A DNA stretch of 64,000 nt, from IMG/VR virus record IMGVR_UViG_3300043446_004613, positions 147,114 to 211,113 of that record, one strand, 5' to 3'. Below the pieces are notes generated by a model that did no database searches, was not told the origin of the DNA, and saw only the letters and a list, made by a program, of their open reading frames with translations. Position numbers and translations under genes: made by a program. Below are positions 10,232 through 19,223 of the stretch, in pieces; position 1 is the first letter of the stretch, and the number at the start of each line of letters is the position of its first letter.

Positions 10232-10585
10232 ATGATGATTCACGTTACAGATTCACAGGTGGTCGGCGAAACCCAGAGCACGCTTTTCAGTGTGCTTCAG
10301 TCGGGGCCGATCAACATGGCCCTTTTCATCAAAAATTCAGGTGTAAACACGATGAACTACCGCTTGCAGGAGTTCAACGGAACCGCTTGGGTTGACCTCG
10401 GTAACTCCGGCAGCGACTACTACAACACTTTGTCACCAAACGAAGTGAAGTTGGTTAAGGTCGTTTCATCGTACCCGCAGGTACAGATGGTCGGCAACGC
10501 TTCCGGCGGCGCGTTCTTGGAGTTCTCAATCGACCGCTACTTCAACCGTCCTTCGGGCGGGGCGCTGCCGATTCTGAACCTCTAA
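10232..10585 (+). CDS. Small beta-rich virion protein (paralog of 27567-28094)
   Basis: FIKNSGVNTMNYRLQEFNGT aligns with VFENTGPNTAYIRLGQYDGT. Confidence 0.55.
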   Translation: MMIHVTDSQVVGETQSTLFSVLQSGPINMALFIKNSGVNTMNYRLQEFNGTAWVDLGNSGSDYYNTLSPNEVKLVKVVSSYPQVQMVGNASGGAFLEFSIDRYFNRPSGGALPILNL

Positions 10586-11406
10586 TCTGAGTAGTAGGGG
10601 TAGACCTGACGATAATACAGGTCAATCTGCGGGACATCGAGTTTATCGACTTCAGCAGGTTTGCGTAGTTTCAAATGTGCCGGGCTTGGAACGCCCGGCA
10701 CATCGTTTCTAAGCAATGTGCGCTCAAGGGCGACGTAGAATTCATCGGCTTGCGTAGGCGGAAGCTGACTGACGATTGTATCCATCGCTTCTTGAAACTT
10801 CATTTCCGGTGTAACAGCCTCAAACAGTTTCCGGCACTTCTTTTCGCCGTAACCGTGTACACCCTTGATGTTGTCGACAGAGTCACCCGTAACCGCCAGC
10901 GAAAGCGCAATCTGACTGGGACGCTTGATGTTTGGGAATTTCTTCAGGATCGTGGCTCGTGACAGAACAGCCTTATCGTGCAGCGAATAATACTGGCAGC
11001 GTTCAGACATCAGCTGCATCAGGTCTTTGTCGCCTGATACGATGTATACGATGTCTTCCGGTGCTTTTTGGGCGCATACCGTGGCTACGATGTCGTCGCC
11101 TTCAGCAGAGTCATTCTCCACGTTAGCTGCCCCGAGTATTTCACGCAGAATCTCCTTTAGGCGGTCTTTTGTCGCGTGGTAAGCTGGAGGCTTTGGGTCG
11201 CGATTTTTCGCTTTATTTTGCTGGCCGTCCCATGCGAACAAGATGCGATCAAACGTAAGCCCGATCTTGTTCGTGCCCGGATTCAGGAGCAGTAGCACGG
11301 AATTGATCGCCAGCCGCAAGGCTTCGCGAGGATCAGGGTTGTTGCGCTGGGCAGCAAACCACGACCTCGCGTAGAGACTGTTGGCGTCAAATACTAAGTC
11401 AGTCAT
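10582..11406 (-). CDS. 5'-3' exonuclease / RNase H (T4 rnh / FEN family)
   Basis: FDANSL, AWDG, EGDD, SGDKDLMQL, GDSVDNIKGV.GYGEK; start MTDLVFD at 11406. Confidence 0.92.
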   Translation of the reverse strand: MTDLVFDANSLYARSWFAAQRNNPDPREALRLAINSVLLLLNPGTNKIGLTFDRILFAWDGQQNKAKNRDPKPPAYHATKDRLKEILREILGAANVENDSAEGDDIVATVCAQKAPEDIVYIVSGDKDLMQLMSERCQYYSLHDKAVLSRATILKKFPNIKRPSQIALSLAVTGDSVDNIKGVHGYGEKKCRKLFEAVTPEMKFQEAMDTIVSQLPPTQADEFYVALERTLLRNDVPGVPSPAHLKLRKPAEVDKLDVPQIDLYYRQVYPYYSD

Positions 11407-11579
11407 CGTTTTGAGGCTTGTCGATTTTCTTCTTCTACGCGTTCGTTGCGCCAAACGGCAAACTGTTTAAGGATGTCGTCCGGCAAATCGTTCATGATTA
11501 GCGATAGACCTTTACCGTCCCACGCTAAGTCGAACATCAGGCGGTATCTGGCGATGCGGCTCGTCCGAGCCGCTTCAAC
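11403..11579 (-). CDS. gp51-like baseplate hub assembly ORF (possibly a frameshift extension of the gp26-like gene)
   Basis: Not in the track. Open frame VEAARTSRIARYRLMFDLAWDGKGLSLIMNDLPDDILKQFAVWRNERVEEENRQASKR*; first ATG only at 11537; its TGA overlaps the next ATG. Confidence 0.55.
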   Translation of the reverse strand, partial: VEAARTSRIARYRLMFDLAWDGKGLSLIMNDLPDDILKQFAVWRNERVEEENRQASKR

Positions 11580-12339
11580 GAAAAAACTCGCTATCGAAGC
11601 TCAACGGAAACGTGAACGAGCGACCGCACGCTGCTTCATCGCACTTGTGCGGAATGTTCGTATCAAGGTGTGGCGTGATCTTACGTCCCTCATCGTCAAG
11701 GAACTTACAATCACGCGGACTCAACGCACGGAACCACTGAATCATTTCATCCAAATTATCCGGCTTACTGTCGTTGATCTCAACGATACGTAGAATCGTA
11801 CGCAGTTCACCATCAGGCACCGCATCGCGATTCGCACGCTGGCCGATAATGACCTTCTCGTCGGCGATCAATAGCGGACGCAGTTTAACAACGTCCTTCA
11901 CATCCGGCAGTGTAACCGTGTCGTAGCCGGGATAGCCGACAGCTTTTTCGCCAATTTTTCCAAGCTCGTCTGGAACTTTTATCGTCTCTTCAGTCTTGCT
12001 ACCGCAGTACGGACACTGAGCAGTGTATACAACTGCCCCGTCCGTAGTCAAGGCACGACTGACAAGAAGCACCACATTGATTTCATCGGCCACGAAGTTG
12101 TCCAGCTTGCCGCCGTTCAAATCAGCTACCTGTCCGAGCAGGCCGAAGATCAAGTCTTGGCGGGAGAGCTTGCGCAGGTTGTCAACGATCCACTGGTCAA
12201 TCGTATTATCCCAAGGGTAAATCGTCAGCTTTCCACCCGCCCACGCAGGATCGTTGAATCCCTTGGAGAGAAGCGTGATTTCTTTCTTATACTGCTGGCG
12301 GCGCGGCGTCAGCGACTTCAGATTGGTTTTAATAGCCAT
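11575..12339 (-). CDS. Baseplate hub assembly chaperone (T4 gp26-like)
   Basis: DEINVVLLVSRALT, CPYCG, VKLRPLLIADE, C-terminal KCDEAACG...SEFFR*. Confidence 0.75.
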   Translation of the reverse strand: MAIKTNLKSLTPRRQQYKKEITLLSKGFNDPAWAGGKLTIYPWDNTIDQWIVDNLRKLSRQDLIFGLLGQVADLNGGKLDNFVADEINVVLLVSRALTTDGAVVYTAQCPYCGSKTEETIKVPDELGKIGEKAVGYPGYDTVTLPDVKDVVKLRPLLIADEKVIIGQRANRDAVPDGELRTILRIVEINDSKPDNLDEMIQWFRALSPRDCKFLDDEGRKITPHLDTNIPHKCDEAACGRSFTFPLSFDSEFFR

Positions 12340-12359
12340 ACAAGGTAGAACGGCAAAAG

Positions 12360-13076
12360 TCAGGTTTTAGGCAGATAAATCGGATCGGTGATAGGCTGTG
12401 GTTCAGCCTGAACTGTTCCTTGCACGTTAGCCGTGATATTCCCGCCTGTAACGAAGTCGCTAAGCTGGGTTTGCGGGAAGTTGATAACCGGTACTGGTAT
12501 CGGCACTTTAACCATGATTGGCGGCGGTGCAGGAAACGGTATTGTGACGGTATAGTCGGCACCCACAGCGATGTTTGGAAGTTCCAGTTGAAAGGTCGGC
12601 ACATCGACAACAACTGGTGTCTTTTTAGCCACCAGCTGGATGTTCAGCACGATGACAAACCCAATCTTGATCACGATGCTGACGGTAAGCTCTGGGATAG
12701 CCTGCACCAGTTTTATCGCGTCATTTACGATGTTCTGCACTCGTTTTACGATATTTGACGTAAGCCAGAGAGTTGCCTCTGGAATACCGAGAGCCGTCAG
12801 TGCAGGGAGGACGAAATCGCCCAAAAGGTTGAGGTTAAGGCTCAGGTTAAGGAATGGAACAGGAATCTGAACGACGATCGTGTAGTTGTATGCGGCGGTA
12901 GCGCCACTGTCTGTACGGATTACAGTGCTGTCCGTCGTTACACCGTAGGACGTCAATCCGGCACTACTGGTCAGCGTGCTTGTTCCGTAGTTGCCGTTCA
13001 GCGTAAAAGTTGGATTGTCCAGTGTCGGGCCGGTATAGCTGGCACTGTTGGTTCCTGAATCGTATACAGTAGGCAT
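12360..13076 (-). CDS. Hydrophobic Pro/Val/Ile-rich protein downstream of the spike gene
   Basis: Full-length ORF coupled to the gp5-like gene; long apolar stretches. Confidence 0.6.
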   Translation of the reverse strand: MPTVYDSGTNSASYTGPTLDNPTFTLNGNYGTSTLTSSAGLTSYGVTTDSTVIRTDSGATAAYNYTIVVQIPVPFLNLSLNLNLLGDFVLPALTALGIPEATLWLTSNIVKRVQNIVNDAIKLVQAIPELTVSIVIKIGFVIVLNIQLVAKKTPVVVDVPTFQLELPNIAVGADYTVTIPFPAPPPIMVKVPIPVPVINFPQTQLSDFVTGGNITANVQGTVQAEPQPITDPIYLPKT

Positions 13077-13077
13077 G

Positions 13078-14100
13078 TTAAATAGTACGGGTTGTCAGTG
13101 ATCCAGTATCCAGCGGCGGTGCTCCAATCGGTGTTCCGGTAGGCTCACCGTCCTTTCCGTTATAGTGCGTGTGGGCTGTGATCCATTCCAGCATTGCCGG
13201 GGTTAGCATCATAACCTGATACTGAGCTTGCGTGCCTAGCGCGATGGCTGCGCTATTCATGACGAACTGCGGGGCGTTCATGGACAGTTTTGTGGCTTCA
13301 CACACAACGCCTGTTCCACCAGCCGAGCCTATATGCGCTTTCGTAGCTTCCAGCGCCAAACTTGATCCGCCAGCTGAATTCAGTGAAACATTGCCACTTT
13401 CGTCGATAATAAACGTCGCGCCGGAGGCGGTACTGATAACTGTGGAAGAAGCTTCGACGCTGATCATCGTGGAGCCGACCATCATCGTTAAGCGCTCCGA
13501 CGCCCGCATAAGCACACTCGTGGCCGCGTTCAAGATGACGGTTTTGGCCGACATCACGCCTGTTTCAAGAGATTGGATGACGGCGGTTCCATTCAAGTCG
13601 TTCAGGGTCATCCGTTGACCCTTTGGCGTTTGTATGGAGGCCTGTCCGCCGCTTTCACTGGTACTTTCCTGTAGCAGCAGTTGATAGCCTTCCTTGGTGG
13701 TCATAACCAAGGAATCGGTTTTTAGCTCAATACTGTGCCCGTAGCGTGTCCAAATGGCCCGATCCGGGGCATTGTTCGTGTACTCGTTGAGCTTTAAGTT
13801 GCTGTGGTCGTTGTCTGATTGAACGGCCCATTCCCAGATTGGTTTTTCCGGTTCACCATCCAGAAAACGTACCCAGACCTTGTCGCCTTTCTCTGGTAAA
13901 TGACTGAATCCGCCTGATTTGCTGGAGCCACCGGCAGGCATACCAGCAGGCAGTGCCCACGGCAAATCGTTGGTAGGCACGTAACCGCTACCCGTAGACA
14001 AAGAGCCGTATACGTGCGGAACGCGCACTTTTAACCGACCGACTTGGCGCGGATCAGCCGTCGACTCAACGATTCCAGCGTATGTGAACCCGTAATTCAT
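13078..14100 (-). CDS. Baseplate central spike (gp5/VgrG/gpV-like)
   Basis: OB-fold ADPRQVGRLKVRVP, DLPWALP, PEKGDKVWVRFLDGEP.KPIW; beta-helix repeats; C-terminal HTH apex motif. Confidence 0.9.
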   Translation of the reverse strand: MNYGFTYAGIVESTADPRQVGRLKVRVPHVYGSLSTGSGYVPTNDLPWALPAGMPAGGSSKSGGFSHLPEKGDKVWVRFLDGEPEKPIWEWAVQSDNDHSNLKLNEYTNNAPDRAIWTRYGHSIELKTDSLVMTTKEGYQLLLQESTSESGGQASIQTPKGQRMTLNDLNGTAVIQSLETGVMSAKTVILNAATSVLMRASERLTMMVGSTMISVEASSTVISTASGATFIIDESGNVSLNSAGGSSLALEATKAHIGSAGGTGVVCEATKLSMNAPQFVMNSAAIALGTQAQYQVMMLTPAMLEWITAHTHYNGKDGEPTGTPIGAPPLDTGSLTTRTI

Positions 14101-14119
14101 TCTCTATTGTAGTTACAGC

Positions 14120-14953
14120 ATGGCGCGTCAGATCGACATAAGCACACAAGTAAATCTCTGGGGCAAGGCGACCGACCAAACGGTTGGACTTGTACCTCAG
14201 CGAAGCGACTTGTTTTACGTTGACTTCAGAAACGCTGTGCGGGGTATAAACGCCACAGGCGCTTCACCGCGCCCTATCGACCCGGCCAGCATCCTGCCGC
14301 AATTTGTACGATCCACCACCTTACCAGAGAACAGACTAAAACCAGAAACTGTACGCCGGGATAGTGTGCCATACAACATGCCCTCGTGGGACGATCCGCT
14401 CGATCCGGTAAAAGTGGTGTTTTTAATGAGTAATTCTGACGATGTCAGTAAAAACGACCTTATATCCGTACTGGATACGTGGTTGAAACTGACACGTGCC
14501 GGTCGTGGTTCTCGTCAGGATGGATACGGTAATTCTGGATACGTACTGTTGAACAGCAACTACTCAATCGACTATACGTTCGACGTGAGTATTCACCTAC
14601 TGCGCGGTACACTGCTCAATGCTTCCAATACAGCAGCTAACACCTCAAATGCAAGAGTCATGGCTGTAAACAACGAGATTCAGCGGCACCGTCGAAAAGC
14701 AAAAGGCTTGGCGCAAATGGGTAAACCCATACCAAAATCGATACAGAAGCAGCTTGCGTCATCACCCGGCGCAGTTAACAACATTGTCGAAACCGGCATG
14801 ACTATCGATGCTACGTGGATCATGTACAACGCATGGATCGGCGGCTACAAGCTTTCTGACCTGAACACCGCAGAAACCGGGCTGGTCACGGTTGAGGCCA
14901 CGTTCTATACAGAAGCGTTTGAGCGCAACGATGCTCTGAGCAATCAACTATGA
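14120..14953 (+). CDS. Tail tube-like baseplate protein (gp48/gp54-like tube initiator)
   Basis: PQRSDLFYVDF resembles LQRSDLWKVDI of the tube gene; AWIGGYKLSDL...TVEATF. Confidence 0.6.
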   Translation: MARQIDISTQVNLWGKATDQTVGLVPQRSDLFYVDFRNAVRGINATGASPRPIDPASILPQFVRSTTLPENRLKPETVRRDSVPYNMPSWDDPLDPVKVVFLMSNSDDVSKNDLISVLDTWLKLTRAGRGSRQDGYGNSGYVLLNSNYSIDYTFDVSIHLLRGTLLNASNTAANTSNARVMAVNNEIQRHRRKAKGLAQMGKPIPKSIQKQLASSPGAVNNIVETGMTIDATWIMYNAWIGGYKLSDLNTAETGLVTVEATFYTEAFERNDALSNQL

Positions 14954-16119
14954 ATCTATCCACGCCGACGCTTAACGCGCTTGCCAAGTTAAGACCGCCG
15001 TTCGCACGGTCGGCTACTTTCTTATACCCGTTCACAAACGAAGGCTTGGTAAACCCCGGAATCACTGTGCAGATGCCTGCCGGTGAGCCGGTCGTTGCCG
15101 CAGGTGCTGGAACGGTCGTTGATGTATACAGGCAGCTTCCGATCTACCAAGTTTCCGACAATACGCTGCTAAAAGCGGTGGTTTACTACGTGGTCATTGC
15201 CCACGGCGGACTGGTGTTCACTACCGTCGCAGGTCTTTCTGGCGTGAACGTCGTTAAAGGTTCGACTGTTCAGCGCGGCCAGCGCATCGGCACGATGTCT
15301 AGTGACAATCTGTTTGTAGCGGCTCAAATCGACAACAAGGCGATAAATCCGCTGACATTAAATAAGCACTGGGCAATCCAGAACTCGGCGTTTGTCGTCG
15401 GTCAGGGAAATAAGATTCGATTCGCTCCTGATCAACTGCTGCGCGATTTGAGTAATGGCATCGTGGTGTTCCTGCATAACGGTATAAAATATTTCAAGCA
15501 AGCAGTCGCGCCTACACCTTTTCTGGTCAATATTGCGTTTAATGGCGACGGTACAAAGACCGGGAGCGCAGCTACTGGCATCACCGCTGATGACTACTGG
15601 AACGATTATCTGCCTGAAGACTTTCAAGCACTTGTAGACTCTGCATGCTATTACCCTTACCTAGGTTCATTTGGGATACAAGCATACGACTTCACTGCAC
15701 AGCCGGTGCTCCACCTGAGCGATTACGCAGGTAATCGCAATCAGGTACTGCTTGAGCGCGTTGCTCCGATGCTTTCGGCAGCAAATAGCGGTTTGAGTTG
15801 GGATGCTATGCTTGCCCGCTGGATTGGTGGTTATCTCGGGCCAGTACCCTACGAAAATATCTTTCGCCTGCGTAACGTTCCACCGGGAACGTATACACTT
15901 TACCTGTACGCTAATGCAGGAACGCTTGGCAGCGCCAGCACGTTTTACGTGTCAATCAACAGCGGTACGCCGACAGTATTGACCAACAATCCTGTGCTGA
16001 CACCCGCTTTCATCGAACACTACAACTACGTAAAAATTGATGTTACGCTTGCACGCAACGACGCCCTCACAATCAAGACAATCGGTTATCTGTCAGGATT
16101 GCAGCTTCAGCGGATTTAG
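14950..16119 (+). CDS. Virion protein: degenerate M23/LytM-like N-terminal domain plus carbohydrate-binding-like C-terminal domain
   Basis: PAGEPVVAAGAGTVV...VIAHG...TTVAGL..V.KGSTVQRGQRIG (fold signature without HxH); C-terminal VNIAF...DYWN...PGTYTLYLYA...LSGLQL. Confidence 0.6.
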   Translation: MNLSTPTLNALAKLRPPFARSATFLYPFTNEGLVNPGITVQMPAGEPVVAAGAGTVVDVYRQLPIYQVSDNTLLKAVVYYVVIAHGGLVFTTVAGLSGVNVVKGSTVQRGQRIGTMSSDNLFVAAQIDNKAINPLTLNKHWAIQNSAFVVGQGNKIRFAPDQLLRDLSNGIVVFLHNGIKYFKQAVAPTPFLVNIAFNGDGTKTGSAATGITADDYWNDYLPEDFQALVDSACYYPYLGSFGIQAYDFTAQPVLHLSDYAGNRNQVLLERVAPMLSAANSGLSWDAMLARWIGGYLGPVPYENIFRLRNVPPGTYTLYLYANAGTLGSASTFYVSINSGTPTVLTNNPVLTPAFIEHYNYVKIDVTLARNDALTIKTIGYLSGLQLQRI

Positions 16120-16700
16120 ACCGTAGCGCCGATGTCAATCAGGCTGCCTTGGCTACGATCATGGAAAAACGGTGACGGAAAAATCACCGCACTATTGAAC
16201 TTGCGCCAAAAATAAAGATCATCAGGGAACCCGTCGAATTCTACCGAGCGAAAGCGCAGCGCCGCTTCTGGTGTTATCCAGTATGCCATGCAGCAGCCGT
16301 TTATGCCGGACGATTTATCATTCGTGTAAAGGCCGTAACCGAATCCAAGATCAGCAACCTTACTGTACGCATTTACATCGAATTCGCGCCCGTGGAGGCT
16401 GATAAAATCGAATCGGTAGAGGTGGGAAAAAGCCTCAAGCGCTATCCTTTGCCAGTGGTTACTGATAGGCACGGCATCGTCTTCAAAAACCAAGGCCGGG
16501 CCAACGGCTTCCGCTAGAGCGTCTTGGTGCCCGCGAAAAGCCCGCAGGTGACCTACCTTGTTTGGCACGATATTGTGCTGGTCGACCCACCCATCCGGCA
16601 GTTCGTAGTCAGCGCAGAAATGCTGGTTGTAGTTCAAGCCGCGCAGGTGCGGCAAAATAAGCGCTTTGCGCTTTGTGTTTGCGACAACGATTATGTTCAT
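16116..16700 (-). CDS. Glycosyltransferase (GT25-like)
   Basis: H..AL....LVFEDDA...AYWITPEAA...D motifs. Confidence 0.75.
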   Translation of the reverse strand: MNIIVVANTKRKALILPHLRGLNYNQHFCADYELPDGWVDQHNIVPNKVGHLRAFRGHQDALAEAVGPALVFEDDAVPISNHWQRIALEAFSHLYRFDFISLHGREFDVNAYSKVADLGFGYGLYTNDKSSGINGCCMAYWITPEAALRFRSVEFDGFPDDLYFWRKFNSAVIFPSPFFHDRSQGSLIDIGATV

Positions 16701-17704
16701 GACCAGATACCTGCTTCACGGAGTGCTGGCACAACGTGCTCTTCCATGTATACACTGTTAATGTAGCGCCTTGCTTGCACACAGCCTGCAACATAGATTC
16801 GATACAGGTTTGCGTGGAGCGCCTGCTCAATTTTGTCTACAGCAGCTTTGACATCTATCCAGTGCGGAGGATTGCGATTGGGCCGCGTAAGGTTGGGTAA
16901 AACCACGCAGTTAACGCCATCTGTCCAAGGGTACGTAAAATCCACGGGAGACTCTTGCATAGCCATGACGCTATTAAAACTGGCTTCAGCATGGCGAAAA
17001 CATTTCCAAGACGCACCCCGTAGGCATAGCGACAACTTGGCCTTGCTTTGATACGCCATCAAAGTGTCCAAAGGTATACGGCGGTAATGCGGTGTATACA
17101 GAATCGCTGTTTGGCGCTTATGCCCTTTTGCAAAAGCGTAGTCCAAGTCCTCAAGCGACGTACACAGACCATTGCACAGCTTTCTTTTAACAAGTTCAGC
17201 GTGTAAAAGCGGACGATCACACGAGCTAAAGCCGTATGAGTAGAATATGTCAATCGGACGTGCGTTAAATGCCTCTTCAGTATCCGGCTCGTGTGGAGAA
17301 AAAGTACTCGTAAAGTCGATAACCTTGAGCGGGAACGCTGTTGTTGGAACAGTGCGCTTGGAGAATTCGCGCTTAAAGTAAAGCTTCACTGCTGGGGCAA
17401 GATCAGCACAAGGCTTGTAGGCGCTCAACTTGCCGGGCCAGTTAAAGCTGTTGGTCAGAATTATTTGATAATCGTTTTCGCACTCAAGGTAGTCAAACAC
17501 GACAACGGGTTTACCTGACAGCAGCACAGCTTTTACAGTTTCCGGGTCACACACGTATTCAGGGTGCCATGTCCAAAGGTAAAAAACGACGTCGGCCTCG
17601 TTCAAAGAGGTGACAAACTCTGAGTCGCGTAAACCTTTTACACGATCAAGCACGAAGCCATCGACTTCGACGTTGCCGCATGTTGTGGAGTAGACTTTCA
17701 CCAT
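16697..17704 (-). CDS. Glycosyltransferase (GT-B; exostosin/CgeB-like)
   Basis: LYFKRE, IDIFY, SKAKLSLCLRG...CFRHAEA, DGVNCV. Confidence 0.65.
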   Translation of the reverse strand: MVKVYSTTCGNVEVDGFVLDRVKGLRDSEFVTSLNEADVVFYLWTWHPEYVCDPETVKAVLLSGKPVVVFDYLECENDYQIILTNSFNWPGKLSAYKPCADLAPAVKLYFKREFSKRTVPTTAFPLKVIDFTSTFSPHEPDTEEAFNARPIDIFYSYGFSSCDRPLLHAELVKRKLCNGLCTSLEDLDYAFAKGHKRQTAILYTPHYRRIPLDTLMAYQSKAKLSLCLRGASWKCFRHAEASFNSVMAMQESPVDFTYPWTDGVNCVVLPNLTRPNRNPPHWIDVKAAVDKIEQALHANLYRIYVAGCVQARRYINSVYMEEHVVPALREAGIWS

Positions 17705-18348
17705 TGGCCTTCTCCAACAAAGTTATAGGCGACATCTTCCGATATTCCGTTTACACCGCTGCCGTATATTCCGATGTGCTGTGCTAGTGAGTGCTTGGTG
17801 GCAATCTTGCGCTCAAACACCTTACTGATGCAATGATCCCAGTTATGAACCCACCAGCTGACGGGCATCTCATCAAACACGCACTGGGCTGTAGCACGAT
17901 CGACGAATTGAATTGCACCGCCTACGCCATCCACCACCACCCAATCTTCGTGCTCTTCGTAGACCTTCTGCGTAACAGAGCGGTATCCGGTGAGCACCGT
18001 TCGGCGGTGCGGGTCTTTTGTGACCTCCCACAGCTGGCGTAGGCGATAATCGAACTGAGCGCCAAGGAGCAGATCGTTGTCCATCGCTAACAGGTAACGA
18101 TACTGCTCAGGCGAACTCAAAAAAGCTTTGTAGCGGTTGTACGCTGCCATACCGACACCCACATGTTCGACATGCTGCTGCACTGGCCAGTCCCAGCGGG
18201 ACAGAAAATCTACGCCGTACTTTTCGCTCTTGTCGTCGATGATCAAGACGTCGCTGGCAGCGCTTTTGTTGCGCTTTAAGCTGTCCAACGTAATTCCTGT
18301 CAGATCGCGGCGATTCCACGTAGACACGATGATGAGGATGTCTTTCAT
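17698..18348 (-). CDS. Glycosyltransferase family 2-like
   Basis: IIVSTWNR, LIIDDKS, LAMDND. Confidence 0.85.
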   Translation of the reverse strand: MKDILIIVSTWNRRDLTGITLDSLKRNKSAASDVLIIDDKSEKYGVDFLSRWDWPVQQHVEHVGVGMAAYNRYKAFLSSPEQYRYLLAMDNDLLLGAQFDYRLRQLWEVTKDPHRRTVLTGYRSVTQKVYEEHEDWVVVDGVGGAIQFVDRATAQCVFDEMPVSWWVHNWDHCISKVFERKIATKHSLAQHIGIYGSGVNGISEDVAYNFVGEGQW

Positions 18349-19223
18349 GCCATGATGCGGAAATGTGTCCGCGTATTGTCTTCCTCAAAGATGTCGAGCT
18401 TGGTCTGGCTATAGGAGCGCTGCCACGATTCTTCAGTTGTGTTCTCGCCCGTCTGTCCAACGTGCCACGCACGGTTAACAAGAGCTACCGCATGAGAAAA
18501 TCCAGCTAGACGCAAGGCCAGCGCCATAGCCCCGTCTTGACTTGATACAGGGCGTGACGTGAAGTACTCCTTGGCTGGCCAATGAACCGGAAACGGTCGA
18601 TTGCCGCAATGGACAGGCAGGCGCTCAGCAATACCACGCATCCAGTCGCCGATGCGGGCGATGTCGCGATCTTTGTAGGGGCACTGGAGGAAGCGCTGGA
18701 CATATTCTTGCATCCACGGACGGGTTAAAATCCAGCACTCGCGGCTCATCATGTGATTACACAAGCTATAGCCGCAGTCCGATACCAGTCCGAGACTGGC
18801 TTGCTTTTCTTCCAGCGGCATGTTGCAGAATACGGCTGTGCTGACAACACACTCGTTGCTGTAGTTGGCTTTTATCCAAGCCATCATGTTCTGCAACAAA
18901 GTCATCAAGTGCGGAGACATGCGGATGTCGTCCTCGACGTAAAATACCCGGTCAAACTTGCACTCTTCAAACAGATAGCGTTTAGCCTCGTACACGTTTC
19001 GACCGATACCGTAGTGCTCTGGGCGCATCAGCAGGTGCAACCCCGGAATCTTTGCCCGTATAGCGATGGCTGCGTTTTCATACTGGGCAGCGTCAGGGCC
19101 TCCGTCGCACGCCAGAACGACCGGCATGCCCATGCGTACCTGCGGAAATGCCAGCACGTCTTGCAGCACTTGAGCAAGCATGCCGGGTCGGTTATAGCAC
19201 GGTATTAAAATAGCGGTCTTCAC
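18345..19223 (-). CDS. Glycosyltransferase family 2-like
   Basis: ILIPCYNRP, LACDG, FYVEDDI. Confidence 0.85.
   Translation of the reverse strand: MKTAILIPCYNRPGMLAQVLQDVLAFPQVRMGMPVVLACDGGPDAAQYENAAIAIRAKIPGLHLLMRPEHYGIGRNVYEAKRYLFEECKFDRVFYVEDDIRMSPHLMTLLQNMMAWIKANYSNECVVSTAVFCNMPLEEKQASLGLVSDCGYSLCNHMMSRECWILTRPWMQEYVQRFLQCPYKDRDIARIGDWMRGIAERLPVHCGNRPFPVHWPAKEYFTSRPVSSQDGAMALALRLAGFSHAVALVNRAWHVGQTGENTTEESWQRSYSQTKLDIFEEDNTRTHFRIMA

Noticed and set aside
11535-11586. Classical -1 frameshift at the T6 run
   Set aside because: The -1 frame closes after 14 codons; only the +1/-2 frame is long and protein-like.
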